A stretch of 64,000 nucleotides of DNA from Chloroflexota bacterium (GTDB lineage: Bacteria > Chloroflexota > UBA11872 > VXOZ01). Each line of letters begins with the position of its first letter. Position 1 is the first letter of the stretch. The position numbers were made by a program, and so were the translations under genes. Positions 19,941 to 29,177 of the stretch are shown piece after piece. The stretch is from assembly GCA_963663275.1 (NCBI GenBank), contig OY760183.1:1920001-1984000 (forward strand), read 5' to 3'. The notes below the pieces were generated by a model that had not been told where the DNA came from, ran no database searches, and saw only the letters and a program-made list of their open reading frames with translations.

Positions 19941-20672
19941 ATGAATACGGCACGTTTGCCGGCGTTGGTTTGGAATGACGTGGCGGCCACGCAGCTTGTG
20001 GTAGCCGCGCAGGAGGCGCAGCGTTTGGCGGAAGTGGAAGCGGAGAAGGAAGCGGCGCAGAGTTGGGCGCGGGCGGCGCTTGCGGCCGCGGTTGCGCTGG
20101 AACCGGGCGAGTGCGATCTGGCGCCGTACCAGGCTTTGGCCGCGGCGTTGGCGGCTGTGGACGACGAGCAACTGGCGCAAGAAGCCGCCGACGCCTTGGC
20201 AAAGCAGCCTCCGGCATTGTTCGCGCTCGCCGCGGCCGCCCGGGGCAAGAAGTGGGAAGAGCTTGCTAACACCATTATGGCGCGCTGCCTGGCGCAGACC
20301 GGCGTGATGGCGGGGCCGGCCGAGTTTGGCTATCAGACGGAGTGGCGGCAGCAGTACGAGACCCAGTTGGTGGAAACGTTGGGAAAAGTGTGGAAGAAGC
20401 GCGCCACCCGCAATCTGAGCAAGCAGGCGGTGGCGCTGGCGTCGGAGTCCGAGGAGCTCGACGCCCAGCAGGTGGAGGAAAACCTGAAGGCGCTGCTTTC
20501 GCCGGCGGACTTGTGGCCGCGGCCGGTGCAGCGGCGCAAGCAGGCCCGCAGCCGGCAATCGTCGTCAGGCCGTTCGCGCGGCGGCGGCCGGCGGTCGTCG
20601 GGGTCGAGCCGCGGGCAGCGGTCGTCTTCCCGCGCCCAGTCAACGCGCAAGGCGGAAGGCGAGTCGTCGTAG
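19941..20672 (+). CDS. hypothetical alanine-rich helical protein with Arg/Ser-rich tail
   Basis: 243-aa ORF with GC-typical codon usage, first gene of a same-strand run. Confidence 0.7.
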   Translation: MNTARLPALVWNDVAATQLVVAAQEAQRLAEVEAEKEAAQSWARAALAAAVALEPGECDLAPYQALAAALAAVDDEQLAQEAADALAKQPPALFALAAAARGKKWEELANTIMARCLAQTGVMAGPAEFGYQTEWRQQYETQLVETLGKVWKKRATRNLSKQAVALASESEELDAQQVEENLKALLSPADLWPRPVQRRKQARSRQSSSGRSRGGGRRSSGSSRGQRSSSRAQSTRKAEGESS

Positions 20673-20723
20673 TTTCGCGCGGCCCGCGCGCCGCGCCGGA
20701 CGCATCGACGTACCGCGAGACCC

Positions 20724-21521
20724 ATGGCGGCAGTCATTACTCTCACCACCGACTTTGGCACGGCGGATGGATTCGTGGGCGCGATGAAGGGCGTGATTCT
20801 CAGCCTGGCGCCGGACGCGACCGTGGTTGACATCACGCACGACGTGCCACCACACGACATCCGCGCGGGGTCGTTCGCCCTGGAAACGGCGCTGCCGCAC
20901 TTCCCGCCGGACGCCATCCACGTGGTGGTGGTAGACCCGGGCGTGGGCAGCGAGCGCGCAGGTCTGCTCGTGGAGACCGGGGAGGGGCGGTTCGTGGCGC
21001 CTGACAACGGCGTGTTGACGGGCGTGGTACCGGAGACCGGCGCTGCCCGCATCTTCACGTTGGACCGGCCGGAGTACTGGCGGCCCCAGGTGAGCGCGAC
21101 CTTTCACGGACGCGACGTCTTCGCGCCGGTGGCCGCGCATCTGGCGCGGGGCGCGCGGCCCGACGCGCTGGGAACGCCCCGCGCCGCCATGGCGCGCCTG
21201 CCGTGGCCGCGTCCCCGCCGCCGCGGGCATGAAATCGACGCTGAGGTGATCCACGTCGATCGCTTTGGAAACCTGATCACGAACCTGCGCTTGGCGGAAC
21301 TAGGTCCGGAATTGCAGCGCGCGCGCTTGCGGGTGGGGGATTACACGATAGACGGAATCACGTCCCACTACGCCGCGGGCGACGGCCTGATGGCGGTGGT
21401 GAATAGCGGCGGGCGCATTGAAGTCGCCTTGCCCGGCGCGAGCGCGGCGCGTCGGCTGAACACGGGCGCCGGCACGGCGATTCACGTGACCCTGGCGGCG
21501 CAGGACGCTGGCGGAGACTAG
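20724..21521 (+). CDS. SAM hydroxide adenosyltransferase (DUF62 family)
   Basis: TLTTDFG, VVDPGVG, PDNG, TFHGRDVFAP, DRFGNL. Confidence 0.9.
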   Translation: MAAVITLTTDFGTADGFVGAMKGVILSLAPDATVVDITHDVPPHDIRAGSFALETALPHFPPDAIHVVVVDPGVGSERAGLLVETGEGRFVAPDNGVLTGVVPETGAARIFTLDRPEYWRPQVSATFHGRDVFAPVAAHLARGARPDALGTPRAAMARLPWPRPRRRGHEIDAEVIHVDRFGNLITNLRLAELGPELQRARLRVGDYTIDGITSHYAAGDGLMAVVNSGGRIEVALPGASAARRLNTGAGTAIHVTLAAQDAGGD

Positions 21522-21566
21522 CGGAGCGCGGCGGCAATTCGGATTTCGCGAAGAAGGAGGCGGCGC

Positions 21567-22307
21567 GTGACTACGCCCATGCCGGAGCGGACGCAAGCGC
21601 CAAATGCGAACAGCGACGCGTTCCTGGCGTATCTGGCGGACTGGCACGCCGGTCTGGAATCGCTCGACCTGGAAGCCGACTGGGCCGCTCACGGCGTTGC
21701 GGCGCAGAACGTCGCGGTGTTCGTAGTGGACATGGTCAACGGCTTCTGCCACCAGGGGCCGTTGGCGGGCCCGCGTGTGCAGGGCCTGATCCCGGCGGTG
21801 CGGGAGGCGATCGAACGCTGCTACGCGCTGGGCGCGCGCCACTTTCTCCTGCCGCAGGACACGCACCGGCCCGATGCCCTGGAGTTTGCCCAATTTGGCC
21901 CGCACTGCGTGGCGGGAGAGCGCGAGGCGGAAACCGTGCCGGAACTTGCCGCCTTGCCCGCCGCCGCCCGCTTTACCGTCGTGCCCAAGAACTCGCTGCA
22001 CCCGGCGCATGGCACCGGCCTCGAGGCGTGGTTCGCGCGGCATGACGCGGTGCGGTATTTTCTCGTGATTGGCGACTGCACCGACCTCTGCGTCTACCAG
22101 ACGGCCATGTACCTGTGTCTCTCCGCCAACGCGGCTCAGCGCGCTTGCCAGATAGTAGTGCCGGAAAACTGCGTGCAGACCTACGACCTGCCGGTGGAAA
22201 CCGCGCAAGCAATCGGCGCGCCGCCCCACGACGGCGACCTGTTGCACCGCGTCTTCCTCTATCACATGGCGCTGAACGGTGTGCGGGTCGTGAAAGCGGT
22301 AGAATAG
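21567..22307 (+). CDS. isochorismatase/nicotinamidase-like cysteine hydrolase
   Basis: VDMVNGF, DTH, PHC, PKN, GDCTDLCV. Confidence 0.88.
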   Translation: MTTPMPERTQAPNANSDAFLAYLADWHAGLESLDLEADWAAHGVAAQNVAVFVVDMVNGFCHQGPLAGPRVQGLIPAVREAIERCYALGARHFLLPQDTHRPDALEFAQFGPHCVAGEREAETVPELAALPAAARFTVVPKNSLHPAHGTGLEAWFARHDAVRYFLVIGDCTDLCVYQTAMYLCLSANAAQRACQIVVPENCVQTYDLPVETAQAIGAPPHDGDLLHRVFLYHMALNGVRVVKAVE

Positions 22308-22388
22308 AGGCGTGCGCTCCCCCGCCGGCTGCGAGAGGCGGCGGACGAGCGCAGAATGTCGCAGCGATTGTGAGAGGAAAGAAGTGCC

Positions 22389-23297
22389 GTGAAACTGGTG
22401 CAGTACTATGACGTCGATCAGAGCGTGCGCGTGGGGATCGTGCAGGACGAGCGCGTAATTGACATAACTGATACGGAACAAGAACTCTCGACCACGCTCG
22501 ACTTTGTGGACGAGGCTCACCGGCAGCGGCGCTCGCTGGACGCGGTGCTCGCGGACCGGCTGGCCGAGGCGACGGGCGGCGCGCACAGCTACGCTGAACT
22601 GCTGGACCCGGGCGAACCGCGCCTCACCATGCCGCTCTTTCCGCCGCAGGTGTGGGGCTGCGGCGTGACCTACCGCCGCAGCGCCGAGTTCCGCGACGCC
22701 GACATGGAAGGGCCGATGGGCATCTACGACAAGGTCTACCAATCGGAACGGCCGGAGATCTTCTATAAAGGCGATACGCAGCACTGCGCCGGCCCGAACG
22801 AGCCGATCGGCATCCGCGTGGATTCCACATTTACCGCGCCGGAGCCGGAGTTGGCCTACGTGCTCGGCTACGACAACGAGATCATCGGCTATACGATCTG
22901 CGACGACGTGTCGGCCTGGGACATCGAGCGCGAAAACCCGCTCTACCTGCCCCAATCCAAGATCTTCCTGGGATGCACCTCCCTGGGGCCGACGCTGGTG
23001 ACGACGGGCGAGATTGCTGATCCGTACCACCTGGAAATCACGGCCCGCATCCGCCGCGACGGCGCGGTGATCTTCGCGGGCTCGGCCAATACCGACCAGA
23101 TCCGGCACCCGTTCGAGACACTGACGGCCTACCTCGTGCGCAATAACCCGGTGCCGGTGGGCACGGTGGTGAGCACGGGCACGGGCATCATCGTCACGGA
23201 AGAAGCGGCGCTGAGGGAAGGCGACGTGGTGGAGATCGAGATCGACGAGATCGGGCTGCTGGCGACGCCGGTGCGTCAATTGACAGAAGCCGATTAG
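22389..23297 (+). CDS. fumarylacetoacetate hydrolase family protein (2-keto-3-deoxy-pentonate dehydratase-like)
   Basis: WGCGVTYRRS, RPEIFYK, PEPELA, DVSAWDIERENPLYLPQSK, TGTG. Confidence 0.88.
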   Translation: MKLVQYYDVDQSVRVGIVQDERVIDITDTEQELSTTLDFVDEAHRQRRSLDAVLADRLAEATGGAHSYAELLDPGEPRLTMPLFPPQVWGCGVTYRRSAEFRDADMEGPMGIYDKVYQSERPEIFYKGDTQHCAGPNEPIGIRVDSTFTAPEPELAYVLGYDNEIIGYTICDDVSAWDIERENPLYLPQSKIFLGCTSLGPTLVTTGEIADPYHLEITARIRRDGAVIFAGSANTDQIRHPFETLTAYLVRNNPVPVGTVVSTGTGIIVTEEAALREGDVVEIEIDEIGLLATPVRQLTEAD

Positions 23298-23415
23298 GTC
23301 GTGTATAAGATGTAGAGAAGCTACTTGCAGCAAGGGAGAGACGCGCTGCTTCGGCAAAGAAGGACATGCCAGACGCGCCAACCGCTGCATGAATAGCACA
23401 GCGAGGCGGTGAGCC

Positions 23416-23838
23416 ATAGGCGAGCGACAACCGATTTGGAGTCTTCCGCCTCAAGCGGTAACCGTCTACTTCATAATCTTTCCCCTGCTTACCTTGACGG
23501 GTGTGGCCTTTGTCATCTGGGGGGAGGTGCAAGCGGGCACGGAAATCCTGCCAACAATGGTAGTCGAGGTGTTCAGAGGATCCGCTTCAGTATCTTTCGC
23601 ATCTGCCGCACTCACATTTGTCTTTGTAGATGGAGTATCCACAATCATGGGACTTGCAACCGCGCTACAGGAACGCCGGGATCGCAAACGGCAAGAAGAA
23701 TTGGACGAGGCGCGCAAAGAGGAACGCGATAGGGTCATTGCGTTCTACAGGAAGCGAGCCGAGGAGAGCGGAGAAGAATTCGTAGAGCCGCCGGACGAGC
23801 CTTCACCGGAAGAGCCTGCGGGCAATCACCGTTACTAG
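23416..23838 (+). CDS. small membrane protein with charged C-terminus; possible ATA start
   Basis: Frame open from ATA 23416 (GAGGCGG 6 nt upstream); two hydrophobic segments; tail EEFVEPPDEP. Confidence 0.55.
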   Translation: MGERQPIWSLPPQAVTVYFIIFPLLTLTGVAFVIWGEVQAGTEILPTMVVEVFRGSASVSFASAALTFVFVDGVSTIMGLATALQERRDRKRQEELDEARKEERDRVIAFYRKRAEESGEEFVEPPDEPSPEEPAGNHRY

Positions 23839-24024
23839 CTTCTCAAGCATTTGGACAAGCCTCGGCTCTTGCCGAGGCTTGTTTGCTTTCAATGAGAGTT
23901 CGGTTTGTGGCCGGCCAGCGGGACTTTTCGATACGCTCCCTGCGTGAAAGGCACGGTGATTGCCGCCATGGCCACACTGGAGTTGCCGCCACGTTAAGCG
24001 CAATCCGGCCTTAACATCCACCCC

Positions 24025-24282
24025 TTAGTCGCCATCGGGCGGCTGCTCGTTGCGTCCGCTGAGGTAGAACCAGACCGCGTAGGCGATGGCGCAGCCCACC
24101 AGGAGCGCGCCCACGGCTACCTCGTCCCACACGCCCAACGCGCCATGGGCCGGTAGCAGCAGGGGCGCCGTGAACGGGCGCGGACGACCGTCGCGGCGCC
24201 GCGTGGCGGTCCGCGCCGCGCGGCGAAAGCGCTTCAAACGCCAAACTGCCATTGAATCCTGCTCTTTGCCTTCTGCGGACAC
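24025..24282 (-). CDS. small membrane protein
   Basis: AHGALGVWDE followed by one TM helix; directly downstream of the Fe-S membrane gene. Confidence 0.5.
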   Translation of the reverse strand: MSAEGKEQDSMAVWRLKRFRRAARTATRRRDGRPRPFTAPLLLPAHGALGVWDEVAVGALLVGCAIAYAVWFYLSGRNEQPPDGD

Positions 24283-24313
24283 ACTACGCCAAAGCGTGGG
24301 GGCATGGCATTTC

Positions 24314-25981
24314 CTATCCCAAGACCGTGCCGCGCATCTCCATTGGCTGGGTCATCAGCCACGCGCCTACGAAGAAGAGGGCCACGATGAGCACGGCCCA
24401 CGGCGCGAGCGCGCGCATGGCTTCGGCTGCCGAGCGTTGGTCTTCTCGCGCGATGCGGTAGCCGATTGTCAGCGAGACCAGCATCCCAAGCTCCAAGAGC
24501 AGCAGTTCGAGCGGTACCAGCCAGGAATCCGGCACGACGGCGGCCAACTCCCACCGCGGAGCGCCCAGAAGCAGTATGCCAAAGTCCGCCAGGAAACTCT
24601 GCGTCACGGGTACGGCGGTCAACGCGCCGATGAGAAAGTGAAACCCGTAGTGCGCCAGCCACATGCCGAAGCCGATGGGTATCAGGGCAAAGCTGTAGCG
24701 TGTCGCGATTGCTCTCAGCGGTTCGTTCTCGCTTGGCCGGGGCGGATGGATTCCCGCTTTCGCGGGAATGACGGAGCCTTTGGCGGCCAGGGCGCGGCTC
24801 AACCAGGCGGCGCCGGTGATGAGCGCGAAAGGCAGCGCCACAAGGCCCGCGATGAAGAGCACGGCGAGCACGACCGGCTCGCTGCTGACGCCGAGTTGCG
24901 CGGCGAGCCACTGTTCCAGGGCGTAGACCGGCGCCACCATGCCAAAGGCGTTTACGAACGCCGCGAACACGAGCACGAACACCAAGGCGGCCACGTCGGT
25001 GCGATTCAAGAGCGTGCCGACGCCGGAGCGCCACGCGCCCAGTTGGCGAAACTCGCTGGTGGGAGCGCGCAGTTGGATGCCGACGTTGTCGTAAGGGCAC
25101 GCCTGGATGCAGTCCAGGCAGAAGGTGCAGTCCATGTTGCCGGTTTTGCGCTCCTGGAAGAGCCACAATTCGCAGCCGGATTGGACGAGTTGGAGGCCGG
25201 CCGGTCTTGATGGGTCTCCGGCTGAACTTGGTGTTAATGCAGGCGCGATTGGCACTGGCGCTTGCGGATGCTGAACACCGGAAGATGGATTCCGGCTTTC
25301 GCCGGAATGACGGAGGCTTTCGCTGCTGGGGGAATGACGGGCCGTGTGCGGCTCGGACTGCGGGGCGTAACGTCCCTTAATGCAATCTTTCGTCGTGCAC
25401 GAGCCGCAGAGCGCCGGTTGGCGCACCTTCACTTCCAGCGGCGAGACCATGCCGTTTATGAAGTGGAACTGTCCGATGGGGCAGACGTATTTGCAGAAGG
25501 CCGCGCCTTTGAAGATGCCGTCGATGGCGAACGCGGCGGCGAAGTAGGTCAGCGCCACCCAGGCGGTCAGCCAGGGGCTGGCCCAGAGGTCGAACGCCTC
25601 ATACGCCCAGAAGAAGACCAGCAGCACGCCGATTGCCAGCCACTTGTTGCGGATGAACTGCGGCCAGGGTCGGTTGGCGGGCAGGAGTTTCTTGGCCAGG
25701 CGGCGCGGCAGCATGAAGGGGCAGGCCATGCAGAAGAGATTGCCCGCTATCAGCAGCGCCAGCACCACGAAGCCGCGCCAGTGCACCCAGGGCAGCACGC
25801 CCGCCAGGTTCTTGGGCGCAAGTTGCGGCCCCCAGAACCCGTCGTAGAGGATCAAGGCCGATACCGCCAGCAGCGCCGCCTGCATGGACGTGCGGGCGTG
25901 CTTCCAGCGCAGAAACCGCCCGATGACGGGCAGGTCGAGGAGATCCCGCCGCTTCGTCTGCCGGGTCTCCAGCACAGCCAC
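24314..25981 (-). CDS. polytopic membrane 4Fe-4S protein (NapH/FixG/FesM-like)
   Basis: FCMACP, FCKYVCP, CGSCTTKDC, CTFCLDCIQACP; many TM helices. Confidence 0.85.
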   Translation of the reverse strand: MAVLETRQTKRRDLLDLPVIGRFLRWKHARTSMQAALLAVSALILYDGFWGPQLAPKNLAGVLPWVHWRGFVVLALLIAGNLFCMACPFMLPRRLAKKLLPANRPWPQFIRNKWLAIGVLLVFFWAYEAFDLWASPWLTAWVALTYFAAAFAIDGIFKGAAFCKYVCPIGQFHFINGMVSPLEVKVRQPALCGSCTTKDCIKGRYAPQSEPHTARHSPSSESLRHSGESRNPSSGVQHPQAPVPIAPALTPSSAGDPSRPAGLQLVQSGCELWLFQERKTGNMDCTFCLDCIQACPYDNVGIQLRAPTSEFRQLGAWRSGVGTLLNRTDVAALVFVLVFAAFVNAFGMVAPVYALEQWLAAQLGVSSEPVVLAVLFIAGLVALPFALITGAAWLSRALAAKGSVIPAKAGIHPPRPSENEPLRAIATRYSFALIPIGFGMWLAHYGFHFLIGALTAVPVTQSFLADFGILLLGAPRWELAAVVPDSWLVPLELLLLELGMLVSLTIGYRIAREDQRSAAEAMRALAPWAVLIVALFFVGAWLMTQPMEMRGTVLG

Positions 25982-25983
25982 GC

Positions 25984-26475
25984 TTAGTTGCCTTCCTGGG
26001 CTTTGTCGGACTTCATGTCCATCCGCATCTCGCCCTGCACGCCCTTCAGATCGACGCGGTTATGCGCCGTGGTACCGTCGGCCAGCCTGGCGCGCACGAT
26101 GATGACCCAATCGCCGCCCATGGTGAACGCAAAGCCTTTGGTGGCGTACCTGCCGCCGCCAAGCGCCTCGGTCTCCACGATCACGGGCTTCATGCCGGCG
26201 TGGGTCATGGTTCCTTCCACCTCGATGGTCGCGCCCTCAAGTGGATTGCCGTCGGTATCGCGTAATGCCAACGTGAGCACGGCTTCACCGACGGTTGCCG
26301 GGTCCGGCGCGACCGAGACAATGGTTACGTCAAGTCCGCCGCTCTGTTCCCCGCGCGGGCCGCAGGCGTTGAGCGCAAGCGCGCCCAGCAGCGCGAACAG
26401 GACGATGCGCGCCGCCAGCGCCAGGCGCGGGTGCGGTTTGCACGTGGATCGAATCAAAGAAGCCTCCATGTCCAT
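25984..26475 (-). CDS. FixH/YtkA-like lipoprotein
   Basis: Lipobox LNAC; MTHAGM and FTMGGDW motifs; Met-rich tail. Confidence 0.8.
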   Translation of the reverse strand: MDMEASLIRSTCKPHPRLALAARIVLFALLGALALNACGPRGEQSGGLDVTIVSVAPDPATVGEAVLTLALRDTDGNPLEGATIEVEGTMTHAGMKPVIVETEALGGGRYATKGFAFTMGGDWVIIVRARLADGTTAHNRVDLKGVQGEMRMDMKSDKAQEGN

Positions 26476-26570
26476 AGTAACAACAGGCGCTCAAAACCAC
26501 GAACCGAGGAGGCGACGAAGCAAGGAGTTCACAAGCGGAAGAGTGAACAACCCGTCGTGAGAGCGAGCAG

Positions 26571-26780
26571 CCGTTCATCCTTCGACAGGCTCAGGACGAA
26601 CGGCTACCGGCTTTGTGGGCGGATGCAGAACTAGCTACACCAAACTTGGTTGCCTTGCAGGGCCAAACTTCTGTCATTCCGAGCGGAGCGCAGCGGAGAG
26701 AGGAATCGAGAGCACAGCCTTGCAAGACCAGCATCTTTAGATTCCGCGAACCCTGTTCGATGCTGCGCTCGGAGTGACAG
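26571..26780. repeat. REP cluster (cttcgacaggctcag unit plus gtcattccgagcgg inverted pair)
   Basis: 26571-26603; 26672-26707 with degenerate inverse ending near 26779. Confidence 0.8.
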
Positions 26781-26942
26781 ATGGAGAAGCCGCAATAGGT
26801 GTCACCGTGTGCAATAGTCTGCTTATCTCCGCAAAGTGAATCCGAATCTACTACGTCCGGACGGATGCACGCTAGACGAACGGCTTCGGACTGGACAGAC
26901 GAATGCACACTTAGGAACGGCTATGCGCCTGCAAACACCCGC

Positions 26943-27887
26943 TTAGTCCTCCGGTTGGAGGACAAGCGCCGCCGCGCCGAGGATGCCGGCGTGTTCATCG
27001 AACGCGGCCAGGCGGATGAAGGACTTTACGTCGGGATGTTCGCTGCCGGCGAGGCGCTGGAACCACGCGCGGATTGCCTGGATCAACTGGCCGCCGTCCT
27101 GCATCACGCCGCCGCCGAACACGATGCGCTCCGGGGCGAAGAGTTGCTGGCAGATCTGGCAGCCCATGGCGAGCCAACGCGCCGTTTCGTCCCACACGGC
27201 TTGCATGGCCGGATCGCCCGCGTCGGCGGCGGTACGCGCGACTTCACCCGTCAGATTCTTTAGATCACCGTTCGTGAGACGCTGCACGATTGCGGAAGGT
27301 TCTTCAGCCGCCGCCAGCCGGGCGCGGCGCGCGATGCCGGGTCCGGCGGCCAGCGACTCCAAACAGCCGCGCACGCCGCAGTTGCAAAGCGGACCCCCCG
27401 GGCTCAGCAGAATGTGGCCGATTTCCCCCGCGGCGCCGCTGCCTCGCACCACCCGTCCGGCTTCGATGATGCCGCCGCCGATGCCGGTGCCGACGGTGAC
27501 GTACACCAGGTTTTCCACGTCTCTGCCGGCGCCAAGCGCATACTCGCCCCACGCGCCGGCGTTGGCGTCGTTCGCGATCACGCCGGGCAGACCGTAGCGG
27601 TCTTGCAGGAGTGCAACCAGGGGCAAGCGCCGCCAACCCACGTTAACCGCCGACACGGCGATACCTTCATCCCGGTCTACCGTGCCGGGCACGGCGATGC
27701 CGATGGCGTCGGGCCGCGCGGGCGTCTGCGCCAGCGCATCGTCAACCGCCGCGCAGATGCTTTCCAGCATCGTCGCGTGGGAATCCTTCACCATGGGCGC
27801 GCGGGCGGTCGCCGCGATGCCGCCGCTCTCGTCCACGATGCCGACGGCGACTTTCGTGCCGCCAATGTCGATGCCGATGCCGGTCAT
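26943..27887 (-). CDS. ROK family sugar kinase
   Basis: DIGGTK, NDAN, GTGIGGG, GEIGH, CNCGVRGCLE. Confidence 0.93.
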   Translation of the reverse strand: MTGIGIDIGGTKVAVGIVDESGGIAATARAPMVKDSHATMLESICAAVDDALAQTPARPDAIGIAVPGTVDRDEGIAVSAVNVGWRRLPLVALLQDRYGLPGVIANDANAGAWGEYALGAGRDVENLVYVTVGTGIGGGIIEAGRVVRGSGAAGEIGHILLSPGGPLCNCGVRGCLESLAAGPGIARRARLAAAEEPSAIVQRLTNGDLKNLTGEVARTAADAGDPAMQAVWDETARWLAMGCQICQQLFAPERIVFGGGVMQDGGQLIQAIRAWFQRLAGSEHPDVKSFIRLAAFDEHAGILGAAALVLQPED

Positions 27888-27898
27888 GGAAACTGCCC

Positions 27899-29068
27899 CT
27901 ATGCGAACTCCGGCGCGCGGTACGCGATTTTGCCGCCAATCAGCGTCAGCATAACGCGAAAATCCTTGCTGAGCACGGCAATATCGGCGTCCGCGCCGGG
28001 CCTGATCACGCCTTTCCGGTCGCTCAATCCCATTTGCCGCGCCGGCACGAAACTCGCCATGGCGAGCGCGTGCGGTAAGGGAACTCTGGCTTCCGCGTAC
28101 ACCCGCACGTTGCGATTCATCGCCGATGAACTCCCCGTAATCGTACCATCCTCCCGCGTGGCGAGCACTTCGGAAACCGTTACACTCGCGCCACTCGCCC
28201 GCCGGTACGCGCCCGGCGGCAGGCCGGAAAACTCCACGCCGTCGGTGACGAGCGCCACGCGCTCCCAGCCTTTCACGGCAATCAGCAGTTTGCCCGCCTG
28301 GGGGTCTACGTGCGCGCCGTCGCCAATCAACTCGGCGGTGATTTGTGGGTGCGCCATCACGCCGCCGACGGTGCCGGGGTCCCGGTGGTGGAGCGGGCGC
28401 ATGGCGTTGAAGGTGTGCGTGGCTTGGCTCACGCCGCTGCGGACGGCCGCGGCCACCTGGTCGAACGTTGCGTCGGAATGACCGATGGAAGGGACAATGC
28501 CCAGCGCAGCCAGGTGTTCCACCAGGGCCAGACCGCCCGCGCGCTCCGGCGCGACGGTCATCACCTTGATCATGCCGTGCGCCATGTCTTGCAGCGCGGA
28601 AACCTCGCCGGGGTCGGGCGCGCGCATGAGTTCCACGCGCATCGCGCCCGGACGCTCCGGACTGAGATAGGGTCCTTCAAGGTGCACGCCGAGAAGCTGA
28701 GAGCCGGTTGGCGTAGCCGCCGCCTTCACCAGCGTTTCCAGCGCCGCGGCCATATGCTCCCAAGACGACGTGCCGACGGTAGCCAGCAGTCCGGTCGTGC
28801 CCGTTTCCGCGCGGTAGGCGCAGATCTTGTGCACGTCCTCTACGGAACCCGCGCCGAATGACGCCCCCAAGGCCCCGTGCACGTGCATGTCGATGAAGCC
28901 GGGGCAGACGATGCAGCCGGAGACGTCGATGGTCTCCGTGTTCTCGGCAAGGTCGGCGCACGCCTCCAGGGGCGCTACCCGCGCAATGCGGCCGTCTTCA
29001 ATGACGACGCCGCACTGGGGAAGTTCTTGCAGTGGTGTGTAAACGGTACCGCCGGCGAGGAGCATCAC
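27899..29068 (-). CDS. nagA: N-acetylglucosamine-6-phosphate deacetylase
   Basis: PGFIDMHVHG, HLEGPY, APE, GHSDA, THTFNAM, DGAHV, VTD. Confidence 0.95.
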   Translation of the reverse strand: MMLLAGGTVYTPLQELPQCGVVIEDGRIARVAPLEACADLAENTETIDVSGCIVCPGFIDMHVHGALGASFGAGSVEDVHKICAYRAETGTTGLLATVGTSSWEHMAAALETLVKAAATPTGSQLLGVHLEGPYLSPERPGAMRVELMRAPDPGEVSALQDMAHGMIKVMTVAPERAGGLALVEHLAALGIVPSIGHSDATFDQVAAAVRSGVSQATHTFNAMRPLHHRDPGTVGGVMAHPQITAELIGDGAHVDPQAGKLLIAVKGWERVALVTDGVEFSGLPPGAYRRASGASVTVSEVLATREDGTITGSSSAMNRNVRVYAEARVPLPHALAMASFVPARQMGLSDRKGVIRPGADADIAVLSKDFRVMLTLIGGKIAYRAPEFA

Positions 29069-29177
29069 GTTCCTTCCAATCGTTGACGCTCATGTTATCG
29101 TACGGGGGCGGTGAGGGCGGCGTCAATGTATACTAGAGTAACGCGCAATCGGCCTGAAACTGAATGAGGAGAGTGCC

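Noticed and set aside
20724-21521. SAM-dependent chlorinase/fluorinase
   Set aside because: FHGRD motif fits the hydroxide-using DUF62 class, and there is no halometabolite gene context
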